Origin: a virus
Virus record (IMG/VR): IMGVR_UViG_3300025646_000012
Span: 1 to 64,000 of that record
DNA length: 64,000 nt
Direction: 5' to 3' (one strand)
Position 1 is the stretch's first letter. Each line of letters begins with the position of its first letter. Made by a program: the position numbers and the translations under genes. Positions 63,194 to 64,000 of this stretch are shown here, piece by piece. The notes beneath the pieces are model-generated. The model searched no databases, was not told the DNA's origin, and saw nothing but the letters and a program-made list of their open reading frames with translations.

Positions 63194-64000
63194 ATGTCTA
63201 ATGATTTTCTTTGGGTAGAAAAATATCGTCCTCGTAAAATTGCAGATACAATTCTACCAAAACCTCTTAAGGATACCTTCCAAAAAGTAGTTGATTCTGG
63301 TGAGATGCAAAACATGCTTTTTACCGGCACAGCAGGTCTTGGTAAAACAACTGTTGCCAAAGCCTTGTGTAATGAACTAGGTCTTGACTATATTATTATT
63401 AACGGATCCGAAGAAGGTAATATTGATACCCTCCGTGGTAAGGTAAAACAATTTGCCTCATCAGTTTCACTTCAAGGCGGCTATAAAGTTGTAATCCTTG
63501 ACGAAGCTGATTACCTTAACCCTCAATCAACACAACCTGCTCTCCGTGGGTTTATTGAGGAATTTAGTAATAATTGTCGCTTTATCCTTACCTGTAATTT
63601 TAAAAATCGTATCATTGAACCTCTCCATTCTCGGTGTGGTGTGTATGAATTCAATACCACCAAAAAGGAAATGGCAGAACTTGCCGCTCAATTTATGAAA
63701 AGAATTGAGTACATTCTTGATCAAGAGAATGTTGACTACGGTAAGAAAGATATTGCAAATCTTATTATGAAACACGCACCAGATTGGCGCCGTGTAATTA
63801 ATGAATTGCAGAGAAGAGTAAGTACCGGTGAATCGGCGCATAAAGAGGACATTAGCAATTATAATGATCTGTTTATGTATCTTAAAGATAAAGACTTTAA
63901 GAAAATGCGTGGTTGGGTTGTAAATAATATGGATGTGGATACCGCTGCTATTATGCGTTCACTCTATGATAATATGTTCCAATATGTGAAACCACACTCA
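63194..64000 (+). CDS. gp44: clamp loader large subunit, runs off the window end
   Basis: MSNDFLWVEKYRP, GTAGLGKTT Walker A, ILDEAD, ALRGFIEEFS.NCRF, PLHSRC. Confidence 0.96.
   Translation, partial: MSNDFLWVEKYRPRKIADTILPKPLKDTFQKVVDSGEMQNMLFTGTAGLGKTTVAKALCNELGLDYIIINGSEEGNIDTLRGKVKQFASSVSLQGGYKVVILDEADYLNPQSTQPALRGFIEEFSNNCRFILTCNFKNRIIEPLHSRCGVYEFNTTKKEMAELAAQFMKRIEYILDQENVDYGKKDIANLIMKHAPDWRRVINELQRRVSTGESAHKEDISNYNDLFMYLKDKDFKKMRGWVVNNMDVDTAAIMRSLYDNMFQYVKPHS

Overview
This window is 64 kb of an AT-rich T4-like myovirus genome. A tRNA-His lacking G-1 and carrying U72/A73 points to an alphaproteobacterial host. Positions 1-3.6 kb hold two minus-strand tRNA arrays (18 tRNA genes with encoded CCA) separated by early genes. 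Positions 4-53 kb hold nearly the whole virion module: tape measure, gp26/gp51, gp54, gp2, gp4, gp48, gp53, hub, a three-part gp5, gp25/6/7/9/8, VrlC-like proteins, fibres and gp13-23. Positions 54-64 kb hold gp3, uvsY, uvsW, gp55, gp47/46/45 and the start of gp44. Most notable observations: (1) an unannotated 35-codon leader peptide with a four-segment attenuator, plus rrn-type boxA sites, upstream of the tRNA arrays, suggesting tRNA supply is coupled to ribosome stalling; (2) a probable -1 frameshift joining gp26 to a gp51-like frame just upstream of the tape measure gene, like lambda G/GT; (3) four glycosyltransferase-like genes, a dioxygenase-like gene and methyltransferases inside the structural operons, with strong Asp-Ser enrichment in exposed virion proteins, suggesting sequon-directed virion glycosylation; (4) a putative long beta-hairpin repeat protein and a C-terminal motif shared by two fibres; (5) orphan antisense early promoters and non-canonical tRNAs. 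All calls come from reading motifs and synteny by eye; no database searches or folding programs were run.
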